Source: Candidatus Gastranaerophilales bacterium (GTDB lineage: Bacteria > Cyanobacteriota > Vampirovibrionia > Gastranaerophilales > Gastranaerophilaceae). Taken from it: DNA of 64,000 nucleotides. Shown in pieces: positions 56,077 to 64,000 of this stretch. Where the stretch lies: the NCBI GenBank assembly GCA_900770525.1, contig CAAHDT010000010.1, positions 8,679-72,678 of the forward strand, written 5' to 3'. A program made the translations under genes and the position numbers. Position 1 is the stretch's first letter. Every line of letters starts with the position of its first letter. Below the pieces are notes generated by a model. It searched no databases, had not been told where the DNA came from, and saw only the letters and a program-made list of their open reading frames with translations.

Positions 56077-57860
56077 ACCTTTTCAATTTCTGTTTCTATC
56101 TTGGTTGGAAGAATAAAGCCGAAAGTTGCCCCTTCTCCTAAAGCAGAATTAACGAAAACTTTTCCGTTATGGTACTTTTCAATCGTAGTTTTTACCAAAT
56201 GTAATCCCAATCCGGTTCCTTTAATTGTATGTGTATTGTTTTCGATACGATAAAATCTATCAAATATTTTTTTCTGATGTTCCGGTGCAATTCCGCAACC
56301 ATGGTCTGTTACTGTGACTTCAACTTCATCTTTGTTCGCCAAATTTTTAACCGCTACTTCAATTGTAGAATTTTCAGGCGAATATTTTATCGCATTTGAT
56401 AAGAAGTTCATCAGAGCTCGCTCTATACCGTTGTAGTTAAACATGAATTCAGGAATATCATTGTCTTTGTGGACAGAAATAGAAAGATTATGTTCTTTTG
56501 TCAAAACATCAACTTGCTTAACACAAGTTTCAACAACTTCAACAATACTATTTAATGCTTTTTCCATAGGGGCATTCGCTTCCATTCTGGAAAAATCAAG
56601 AATATCGTTTACCATACCTTGCAGACGGATAATTTCCTGATTAATGGTACCAATAAATTCTTTCTGGGTATCATAATCAAACTCGTTACCATAATTGTAT
56701 AAAGTATCAATATAACTTCTCAAAACTGTAACAGGGGTTCTTAGTTCGTGAGAAACATTCGAAATAAAGTTTGCTCTCATTTTATCCATTTCAGCTTCTT
56801 TGGTCATATCAATCAATACAATAATGTATCCGACATAATCCTTATTTCTGGTAAACATTGGAGAAATTATAGACTTTATAACCTTGTTGTCAACATTTAT
56901 ATTAAATTCAATAGGTTTTTTCTCTATTACATCAAGCGGAGTATCTTTAAACTGTTCAATTTTATCTTTGAAACAATAGTTTTCAGATGTATCAATATAA
57001 TTTTGAATTTTAGTGTTCAATAACTGTTCTTCTGTGACTTCAAGAAGAGTTTGAGCATGGTTATTTATAAGAACAACATTATCATCTTCGTCACAAACAA
57101 CAACACCGTTTGCAATACTCATCAAAACTGACTCAAACTTATTCCTTTCAAGCATTATGCGGTCAATATTTTGTTCTTCATAAATGTGAAGCCTATTTGA
57201 CATATCGTTAAATGCCTGAAACAATTCTTCTACTTCATCACTTACGTCTTGCCCTTCAATTTTGTAGCCGAATTCGCCTGAGGAAATCTTTCTTACCCCA
57301 TCTCTCAACAAGCGCAATTCTCGTGTAATAAGATAAGTATTTATCAAAATAACAAAAGCAAAAACTAACCACGCAATAGCAAACACAAATAATATAGAAG
57401 CTCTTGTTGTAGAAGTAATTTGGGTAATAATTCTCTTAGACAATCCAACGGTTACTGAGCCGTAATTTTTACTGTCATTTGGGAGTACAAGTGGAGAACT
57501 TACTGTAATACTAGGTTTTTTACCTTGGTTTTGGTTATCATTTTTGGTCGAATAAATAAGATTTCCATTCTCATCTCTAAATTCTATTAGAACAATATCA
57601 CTATGCCCCATTAATAACGTTTTAGAACGAGATTTTAGTGTTTTTTCTATCTGAACAGATGGCATATCTTTAATGAGTTCAACACTTTCAATCGCAATAG
57701 TTTTGGATATAATTTGTCCAAAATTCTGATAACCTTCGTTCAATTTTTTTTGAATATTAAAAATTGCCAATATTGCAATCAAAATAATTAATGCCGTACT
57801 AAACAGTAAACCGGAAATTATAATTCGGTTTTGAATTGTTAAATTGCTCTTCTCGTTCAT
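56070..57860 (-). CDS. Sensor histidine kinase (two TM helices, periplasmic loop, PAS-like region, HisKA, HATPase_c)
   Basis: H-box SHELRTPVTVLRSY. N, G1 and G2 boxes present (NAIKYSP..., DHGCGI, GTGLGLHLVK). AGAGGTG RBS. There is no response regulator gene in the window. Confidence 0.8.
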   Translation of the reverse strand: MNEKSNLTIQNRIIISGLLFSTALIILIAILAIFNIQKKLNEGYQNFGQIISKTIAIESVELIKDMPSVQIEKTLKSRSKTLLMGHSDIVLIEFRDENGNLIYSTKNDNQNQGKKPSITVSSPLVLPNDSKNYGSVTVGLSKRIITQITSTTRASILFVFAIAWLVFAFVILINTYLITRELRLLRDGVRKISSGEFGYKIEGQDVSDEVEELFQAFNDMSNRLHIYEEQNIDRIMLERNKFESVLMSIANGVVVCDEDDNVVLINNHAQTLLEVTEEQLLNTKIQNYIDTSENYCFKDKIEQFKDTPLDVIEKKPIEFNINVDNKVIKSIISPMFTRNKDYVGYIIVLIDMTKEAEMDKMRANFISNVSHELRTPVTVLRSYIDTLYNYGNEFDYDTQKEFIGTINQEIIRLQGMVNDILDFSRMEANAPMEKALNSIVEVVETCVKQVDVLTKEHNLSISVHKDNDIPEFMFNYNGIERALMNFLSNAIKYSPENSTIEVAVKNLANKDEVEVTVTDHGCGIAPEHQKKIFDRFYRIENNTHTIKGTGLGLHLVKTTIEKYHNGKVFVNSALGEGATFGFILPTKIETEIEKVC

Positions 57861-57969
57861 ACAATTATTATTGCACCTCTAACCCAACACGTCAAGAAGA
57901 TGTCAATATATTAGGAAAACTCTATTAAAGGTGTTATGTATATGCCTTTGCTTATTATATAATACTTTT

Positions 57970-58482
57970 ATGGAAAACAAGCTTGATTTAAGAGTAAAAA
58001 TAAAAATTTTGAGAAAAAGTTTAGATATTGTGCGTATAAGTGGTGTTATTACTAAAAATATAATGACTCATCCTGTTTTTGTGCAAGCAAGTGACATTAT
58101 GATTTATTATCCGCTTAAGTATGAAATAAATCTCTTAAAACTTATTGATTTAGCTCCAAACAAGAACTTTTATTTTCCAAAAGTTGATGGTGAAAAACTT
58201 TTGGTATGTCCCAATTGCAACGATTTTGAAAAATCGGATATGAATATTTTTGAGCCTTGCTCAAATCCGGTTTCACCAGAAATATTGGACTTGGTTATAG
58301 TTCCGGCGTTAGCGGTTGATGAAGAGCACTTTCGACTTGGTTATGGTGGGGGATTTTATGATAAATTTCTTGCTCAAAACAATAACATAAAGACGCTTAC
58401 TCCAATTTGTAAAGACTTTATATATAAAAGCCTGCCAAAAGAAAACTTTGACAGGCAAATAGATTTTATTGTAAGTGATTAA
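57970..58482 (+). CDS. 5-formyltetrahydrofolate cyclo-ligase (MTHFS/YgfA family)
   Basis: IMIYYPLKYEINL and GYGGGFYDKFL are the family motifs. ATG at 57970. Confidence 0.65.
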   Translation: MENKLDLRVKIKILRKSLDIVRISGVITKNIMTHPVFVQASDIMIYYPLKYEINLLKLIDLAPNKNFYFPKVDGEKLLVCPNCNDFEKSDMNIFEPCSNPVSPEILDLVIVPALAVDEEHFRLGYGGGFYDKFLAQNNNIKTLTPICKDFIYKSLPKENFDRQIDFIVSD

Positions 58483-58485
58483 AAG

Positions 58486-59742
58486 CTATTGGTAGGTAAA
58501 TCCGTCAGCTTTTAGACGGTCAATAACCTCTTGCAACTGCTCATCAGAACAAACGAAAGATAGTCTAAAATATCCTTCTCCGTGTTCGCCGAAAGCATTT
58601 CCAGGAACGAGAACAATCCCTGATTTTTCAAGAACTGCCTCGCAGAATTCATAAGCAGAATTAAATCTTTTCGGGATAGGTAGCCACAAATAAAATGTTG
58701 TATGCGAAATTTTATCTTCCGGAATATTCCAACCTAATTCACGGAAACCTTTAATCATTATTTCTTGTTTCCTCTTGTATCCTAAGTTACCTTGTCTAAT
58801 GTATTCATCACCTTCAGAATCATTAAGAATTTCTGCACAAGCTTTTTGGAATACTTTGCAAATTCCGTTGTCAATTGTGGATTTACCTTTGCCTAATCTT
58901 TGGACAATTGCAGAATTTCCACAAACCCAACCTAATCTCCATCCGGTAATGGCGTAAGGTTTAGAAAAACTGTGGAATTCTACTGCAATATCTTTAGCTC
59001 CCTTAAGTTCAAATACGCTAAAAGGTTTTTCTTTTTCGTCAAAATACAAATCACAGTATGCGGCATCTGAAATTAATAAAATCTGATGTTTATGACAAAA
59101 ATCAACTACAGACTGTACGTATTCTCTAGTCGTGCCGATTCCCATCGGATTGTTAGGGAAGTTTATGATAACTGCCTTAACTTTATCAGGATTGAAACCT
59201 TCTTGTTGAAGTTTTTCAAAATATTCTTCAATATTTGGTTTGAAGTCATTTTCAGGTGTTAACGGAACCGGATATGCATAACCTCCAGAGCATTTTATAA
59301 TTTGCAAATATGAAGCATAGCAAGGATCTGGAACCATAAAGATGTCTTTTTCAAATTTATTTTCTTTTTGTGTTGTTAAAAATCTGATAAGATGAGCAAT
59401 ACCTTCTTTAGAACCGATTAATGAGAAAATTTCATTAACAGGGTCTAAATCAATGCCGAAACGTTTTTTCATTCTCTTCGCGATTGCTTCTCTAAAATAT
59501 AGCTCTCCTCTTGGAGTTGCGTATAGGTGAATATTCGGTTCATCCATAAGTCCTTTTACTCTATCAAGAAGTTTTTTCGGTGGCATCATAGTTGGGGCAC
59601 CCATTGATAATGATATTGGCGCACGATTTTTATTTGTTAACTCTTCTCTTAGTTCATCTGTTCTTTCTTTTAGTTTAAACATTATGTAAGTATCTAAGGA
59701 CATTACATCTTTGTTAAACAATTTTTCTTCTAAAGTAACCAT
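58486..59742 (-). CDS. PLP-dependent aminotransferase, class I (AspC/DapL-like)
   Basis: HSFSKPYAITGWRLGW is the PLP-lysine motif. 418 aa with the fold I pattern. Confidence 0.7.
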   Translation of the reverse strand: MVTLEEKLFNKDVMSLDTYIMFKLKERTDELREELTNKNRAPISLSMGAPTMMPPKKLLDRVKGLMDEPNIHLYATPRGELYFREAIAKRMKKRFGIDLDPVNEIFSLIGSKEGIAHLIRFLTTQKENKFEKDIFMVPDPCYASYLQIIKCSGGYAYPVPLTPENDFKPNIEEYFEKLQQEGFNPDKVKAVIINFPNNPMGIGTTREYVQSVVDFCHKHQILLISDAAYCDLYFDEKEKPFSVFELKGAKDIAVEFHSFSKPYAITGWRLGWVCGNSAIVQRLGKGKSTIDNGICKVFQKACAEILNDSEGDEYIRQGNLGYKRKQEIMIKGFRELGWNIPEDKISHTTFYLWLPIPKRFNSAYEFCEAVLEKSGIVLVPGNAFGEHGEGYFRLSFVCSDEQLQEVIDRLKADGFTYQ

Positions 59743-59766
59743 AATTTCCTTCTTTCTCTAAAAAGC

Positions 59767-60486
59767 TTAAGCTAACATTTGCATTGGACCTTCAAGTGAT
59801 GCCGTTACAAACTGTTTTGTGTACGGATTATCTTGTTTTAGCATATCTTCAGGCGTTCCTGCGTAAACAATTTTCCCTCCGTATAGCATTATTAACTTGT
59901 TTGCAGTTCGAGTAATTGTTGACATTTGGTGAGTAACAACAATTGATGCTGCATTTGTCTCTTGTTGCAATCTTACAATATAATCTTCTATCAGTGTTGA
60001 AGATATTGGGTCTAGACCTGCTGTTGGTTCATCGTATAAAATTGTTTTGGGCTCTGTTACGATTGCTCGGGCAAAACTTACACGTTTTTGCATCCCACCG
60101 GACAATTCTGACGGAAACTTGCGTTCAATCCCCTTAAGCCCGACTAATTCCAACTTTTGAGAAACGATTTTTTTTAGTTCGTCTTCTTTATATTTGTTTC
60201 TTAAATCTCTTCTTTCTCTTAAGGCAAAAGAGATATTATCTGCAACGTTAAGGGAATCAAACAAGGCAGAGTATTGAAACACCATTGCAATATCCCCTTC
60301 TGAAGTTTGAATTTCTCCGCTATCTTTTTCAAGTAGTCCGCATATTAGTTTTAAAACAGTACTTTTCCCTGAACCTGAAAACCCAACGACAGCAAGAGTT
60401 TCCCCGTCTTTTACTTCAAACGAAATATTATCCAGAACTTTCCTATCATCAAATGCTTTTGTTAAATTCGTAACTTTTATACTCAT
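59767..60486 (-). CDS. ABC transporter ATP-binding protein, MlaF/Ttg2A-like
   Basis: Walker A GFSGSGKST, signature LSGGMQKRVSFARA and Walker B ILYDEPTAGLD. It is paired with an MlaE-like permease. Confidence 0.75.
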   Translation of the reverse strand: MSIKVTNLTKAFDDRKVLDNISFEVKDGETLAVVGFSGSGKSTVLKLICGLLEKDSGEIQTSEGDIAMVFQYSALFDSLNVADNISFALRERRDLRNKYKEDELKKIVSQKLELVGLKGIERKFPSELSGGMQKRVSFARAIVTEPKTILYDEPTAGLDPISSTLIEDYIVRLQQETNAASIVVTHQMSTITRTANKLIMLYGGKIVYAGTPEDMLKQDNPYTKQFVTASLEGPMQMLA

Positions 60487-60501
60487 AAAATTATCCTTAT
60501 A

Positions 60502-61311
60502 CTAGAAGAAAAATGCTATTGCAAAAATCATATCCCATATAACTATTGCAACAAAAGACCAGACAACGGCTTTTGTTGTTGCAAGTCCAACACCTTTTGC
60601 GCCACCTGAGGCTTGGTATCCGCAAGTGCAACTGATAAGAGAGATTGTTCCGCCAAAACAAAGTGATTTCAGCAAACAAACACCTAAATCTTTCATATAA
60701 ATTCCAAGCCAAACTGAATCAAAGTAAGCTCGGTATCCGAGTTCAGTTGTTAAGGCAGTTGTTATTGCTCCGGTAATAATCCCAAAAGCAGAAGCGATAA
60801 CAACAATAACCGGCATCATAATTATTCCGGCTAAAATTCTTGGAACAAATAAATATCTTATAGGGCTTACTTTTAATACGGAAATTGCATCAATTTGCTC
60901 TGTTACCCTCATAGTCGCAATTTCAGAGGCAAGCGAAGAGCCAATCATTGAAATTATTGCAAAGCCTGACATAATCGCTCCGACTTCTCTAACTATAAGA
61001 ATACTCATAAGTAATCCGACAAAATTCCCTCCGCCTTGCTTAACCATTTCGGAAGCAACCTGAGAGGTTACGATTACGGATGTCATGCCGACAATTGATA
61101 ACGTTATCGGTAAAGAACTTATCCCAAATCTAACGCACTGATCCATAAGTTCCTTGGTGTTAATCTGGCATAATAGTATGTATTTTAAAGTTCCTAAACC
61201 ATTTTCGACAATACCGCCAAATGTAGTTATAAAATCGACTACTTGCCTGAAAAAAGCTCTAAACAACTTATATGTAGTTGATTGTCGAAAGTATTGTCTA
61301 AACGTTATCAT
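60502..61311 (-). CDS. ABC transporter permease, MlaE/Ttg2B-like
   Basis: 269 aa with five or six TM helices. Sequence pattern characteristic of MlaE-family permeases. Confidence 0.65.
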   Translation of the reverse strand: MITFRQYFRQSTTYKLFRAFFRQVVDFITTFGGIVENGLGTLKYILLCQINTKELMDQCVRFGISSLPITLSIVGMTSVIVTSQVASEMVKQGGGNFVGLLMSILIVREVGAIMSGFAIISMIGSSLASEIATMRVTEQIDAISVLKVSPIRYLFVPRILAGIIMMPVIVVIASAFGIITGAITTALTTELGYRAYFDSVWLGIYMKDLGVCLLKSLCFGGTISLISCTCGYQASGGAKGVGLATTKAVVWSFVAIVIWDMIFAIAFFF

Positions 61312-61343
61312 TCCTAAATTATACCGAAAATGAGTTCATAAAG

Positions 61344-62690
61344 TCAATATATTATAGATACAAACTCCGGTTTATAGAACCAGTATAAAAGTTTCCAATA
61401 AAATTTGTACAAAACAAGATATGTATCGTTTAATATAAAACAAGAATATATTAATAATAAAATTAAAAATGTTGCGGAAAATATTTTAAAGAAATTTTCA
61501 TTATTTGGTTTTTTATTTCCGGCGAGTAATATAAAAAATAAAGGTAAAATACAGATTATATAACGTCCTTGAAATCCATAAATAATTTCAGTATTTGGGG
61601 CTGTCCAAGTTATAAATAACGCAATTAAAACGCTTAGAAAGTATATTATGATTAGTGGACATATAAATAATTTATGATAAGGCGGTATTTTTTGTTCGGT
61701 TTGTATTTTCATAAAAGATATGCTGTAAACGATTAAAGTCAGAGCATAAGCCAGAGGATTAAGTTGAGCTTTGTAACCACCAAATATTGCAATCATTTCT
61801 TTTAGCCAATTCGGAAATGATGTAATGGTAGTTTTTGCACAATAGTATAAAACTGTTAGCGGATGAGTCAAAAGAAATTCCTTATTAATGTCTGGTTCTG
61901 CAAATACTCCTATTGCGACATTTCCCGAATTAATGCCTACCCATAGTGCACCAAGCAATACTGCCAGAACAATTGTTCCTAATCCTATAAAATATTTGTG
62001 CTTGTCTTTGGTTAAAAATATTAATAAAGCCGGATAAATTAAACAACCTTTTAATTGCGCGCTTATTATAGTAAAAATTATATAAATGAAAATTTCTTTT
62101 CCTGACAATTTAGTAGAGGTTTTATTGTCTGAATAAATTAGCTTGAACATATAAGCAAAAAATAAAAAACAAAATGCATTGACAAATGAATCTGCAGATA
62201 AGCTCATTCCCTCAAATATGCTCATTGGTAAAAGCGCAAATAGCATAAAGAACCATTTGAAAACAGGGGTTAATTTGATTGCAAAATATATCATTGCAAG
62301 CCAAGCAAACAAGTTAAGCAATCTTGCTGTATAGAATATAATGTTTGCATTATGAGAAAATTCGCTAAGTTTTAAACCAATGGCGGAAGATATATACATT
62401 AATGGAGAATATCCGCTATGGAAAAACAAACCGAATTCATCAGGAAATTCATCTCCAATTTTCAGATTTGGCTTAAAATAAGTGTCAAGTTTAGATACTT
62501 TAGGGTGAACTTTATTGTAAAAATGCCCATTTGCAATTTCTGTTGCTCTATGTAAGTGTCCACCTTCATCCTGAACCATGTATTTAGGGGTTAATATCAT
62601 AAAAAATAAACCAAAAAATATTCCCAAAATTAAGAAAAGTTTTTCAGGTTTTTCTAATAGTGAAGATACTAAGCACTTAATCTTATCCAT
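61344..62690 (-). CDS. Polytopic membrane protein (GT-C-like / DUF2142-like?)
   Basis: 448 aa with at least 10 predicted TM helices. The first extracytoplasmic loop carries QDEGGHLHRA. The family assignment is uncertain. Confidence 0.4.
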   Translation of the reverse strand: MDKIKCLVSSLLEKPEKLFLILGIFFGLFFMILTPKYMVQDEGGHLHRATEIANGHFYNKVHPKVSKLDTYFKPNLKIGDEFPDEFGLFFHSGYSPLMYISSAIGLKLSEFSHNANIIFYTARLLNLFAWLAMIYFAIKLTPVFKWFFMLFALLPMSIFEGMSLSADSFVNAFCFLFFAYMFKLIYSDNKTSTKLSGKEIFIYIIFTIISAQLKGCLIYPALLIFLTKDKHKYFIGLGTIVLAVLLGALWVGINSGNVAIGVFAEPDINKEFLLTHPLTVLYYCAKTTITSFPNWLKEMIAIFGGYKAQLNPLAYALTLIVYSISFMKIQTEQKIPPYHKLFICPLIIIYFLSVLIALFITWTAPNTEIIYGFQGRYIICILPLFFILLAGNKKPNNENFFKIFSATFLILLLIYSCFILNDTYLVLYKFYWKLLYWFYKPEFVSIIY

Positions 62691-62776
62691 ATAATAAAGT
62701 ATTACACAAAAATAAATGGAATGAGGTTTAAATATTGCAAGGCGCGAAATTTACAATTGCGCGCCCCTGTTTAACT

Positions 62777-64000
62777 TTAAGCTTTTAAACACTTATTCAT
62801 ATCTTTTTCCGGTGTTGTTATTGGAGAGATATTAAATTTTTCGACAAGAAAATTCAAGATATTCGGTGACACAAATGCCGGAAGACTTGGTCCAAGTTTG
62901 ATGTTATTTATTCCTAAATAGAGTAGTGTTAATAATATACATACCGCCTTTTGTTCATACCAAGATAAAACAAAAGATAGTGGCAATTCATTAACACTAC
63001 AATCAAGAGCTTTTGCAAGTTCTGTTGCAACTTTAATAGCTGAATATGCATCATTGCATTGTCCCATATCCAAAAGTCTGGGAATTCCGTTGATATCTCC
63101 TAAATTCAAATCATTAAAACGGTATTTGCCACAAGCAAGTGTTAAGACAATAGTGTCTTTAGGCGTTTGTTTTACGAATTCGGTATAGTAATTTCTACCG
63201 GGTTTTGCACCATCGCAACCACCTACAAGAAAAATGTGTGTTATTGCACCAGACTTTATGTTTTCTATAACTTTGTCTGCTATTGATAATACTGTATCGT
63301 GTCCAAATCCAACCGTTAATTCATGACCGCCGTTAATTCCACTCATTTTTTTGAGTTCTTTGTATCCACCGAGTTCAAGTGCCTTATTAATTATTGGTGA
63401 AAAGTCTTTATCTTCTCCAATATGCACAATTTCCGGATAACTAACAACGGATGTTGTGAAAACTCTATCTGCGTAACTTTTCTTTACCGGCATGATACAA
63501 TTTGTTGTAAATAAAATAGGTGCCGGTATATTGTCGAATTCTTTTTGTTGGTTTTGCCAAGCAGTACCGAAGTTCCCTTTTAAGTGAAGATATTTTTTCA
63601 ATTTGGGGTAGGCGTGACAAGGTAACATTTCGCCGTGTGTGTAAATATTAATCCCTTTATCTTTTGTTTGTTCAAGTAAAAGTTCTAAGTCATGCAAGTC
63701 ATGACCACTTACGACAATGAAAGGTCCTGCCTCAATATTAGTGCTAACTTTGGTTGGGTGTGGAGTTCCATAGGTTTCAGTATTTGCTTTATCTAAAAGC
63801 TCCATACATTTTAGGTTTATCTCCCCTGTTTTGAGTACTAGTGCAGTTAATTCATCTGCATTTATATTTTGGGTGATTTTTTGTAGGGCTTCATAGAAGA
63901 AATTGTTCACATCATTATCATTGTATCCGAGTATTCTTGCGTGATGTGCGTATGCTGCCATCCCTTTTAATCCGAATAGAACAAGTGACTTTAGGCTTCT
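62777..64000 (-). CDS. hcp: Hydroxylamine reductase / hybrid-cluster protein Hcp. Its N-terminal part lies beyond the window.
   Basis: The frame stays open upstream of the ORF-track ATG and reads ...LVLFGLKGMAAYAHHA. The hybrid-cluster Cys ligands are in the C-terminal part (HIFLVGGCDG, LDMGQCNDAYS). Confidence 0.8.
   Translation of the reverse strand, partial: RSLKSLVLFGLKGMAAYAHHARILGYNDNDVNNFFYEALQKITQNINADELTALVLKTGEINLKCMELLDKANTETYGTPHPTKVSTNIEAGPFIVVSGHDLHDLELLLEQTKDKGINIYTHGEMLPCHAYPKLKKYLHLKGNFGTAWQNQQKEFDNIPAPILFTTNCIMPVKKSYADRVFTTSVVSYPEIVHIGEDKDFSPIINKALELGGYKELKKMSGINGGHELTVGFGHDTVLSIADKVIENIKSGAITHIFLVGGCDGAKPGRNYYTEFVKQTPKDTIVLTLACGKYRFNDLNLGDINGIPRLLDMGQCNDAYSAIKVATELAKALDCSVNELPLSFVLSWYEQKAVCILLTLLYLGINNIKLGPSLPAFVSPNILNFLVEKFNISPITTPEKDMNKCLKA

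Noticed and set aside
57931-58482. 6S RNA expected next to the ygfA-like (5-formyl-THF cyclo-ligase) gene, as in the E. coli ssrS-ygfA operon
   Set aside because: The 40-nt leader upstream of the gene is AT-rich and unstructured. The only GC-rich candidate is 2.7 kb away at 54979-55240 and could not be folded convincingly into a 6S-like long bulged hairpin by hand.
1-64000. CRISPR arrays, tandem repeat arrays, integrase, transposase or phage genes
   Set aside because: Intergenic regions were scanned by eye. No spaced direct-repeat array and no recombinase-like ORF was found. The only notable repeat is the 15-nt tRNA 3'-end copy.

Overview
This is an AT-rich segment (roughly one-third GC by eye) of a bacterial chromosome. 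It appears to use the standard genetic code: ORFs are long and intact, most stops are TAA, and GTG/TTG starts are frequent. Coding density is high and nearly all of it is housekeeping. I saw no CRISPR array, rRNA, integrase, transposase or obvious phage genes.

Genes called, in order:
- A Nif3-family gene (5' partial), MscS and RlmH, followed by ksgA overlapping ispE.
- A plant/cyanobacterial-type glutamate-cysteine ligase, ilvE, an MsbA-like ABC exporter, LemA, MntP, a UbiE/MenG-type methyltransferase and aspS.
- clpB, then a single tRNA-Gly(GCC), then a second clpB paralog on the far side of a DnaJ-family gene and two large uncharacterised proteins.
- dxr and rpsT.
- A six-gene, translationally coupled glycan operon: WecB/TagA glycosyltransferase, a transketolase N-terminal subunit on its own, DUF386/YhcH, a HAD phosphatase, an RgpF-like rhamnosyltransferase with swapped domain order, and a Zn-dependent alcohol dehydrogenase.
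- NfeD-SPFH, folE2, a thioredoxin-like gene and a sigma-70 family factor.
- A putative operon of hypothetical protein, MTA phosphorylase, YggT, TrkA and TrkH.
- A GT2 glycosyltransferase, two paralogous prepilin-like proteins, a SNF2-family helicase, gpmI and mnmE.
- An orphan histidine-kinase operon, 5-formyl-THF cyclo-ligase, an aminotransferase, MlaF/MlaE-like ABC components, a polytopic membrane protein and hcp (3' partial).

The most unusual signals:
- The tRNA-Gly is followed by a terminator and then a GC-rich, hairpin-rich element of about 150 nt. That element ends in a perfect 15-nt copy of the tRNA 3' end plus CCA, and a second terminator follows it.
- A second GC-rich island of about 220 nt lies between mnmE and the histidine-kinase operon, with overlapping ORFs on both strands.
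- A DegT-like aminotransferase gene is interrupted by an in-frame TAG.

Lineage hints are inference only: GCS family 2, two ClpB paralogs, a DapL/AspC-like aminotransferase and many prepilin-like proteins suggest a cyanobacteria-related or similar low-GC lineage.
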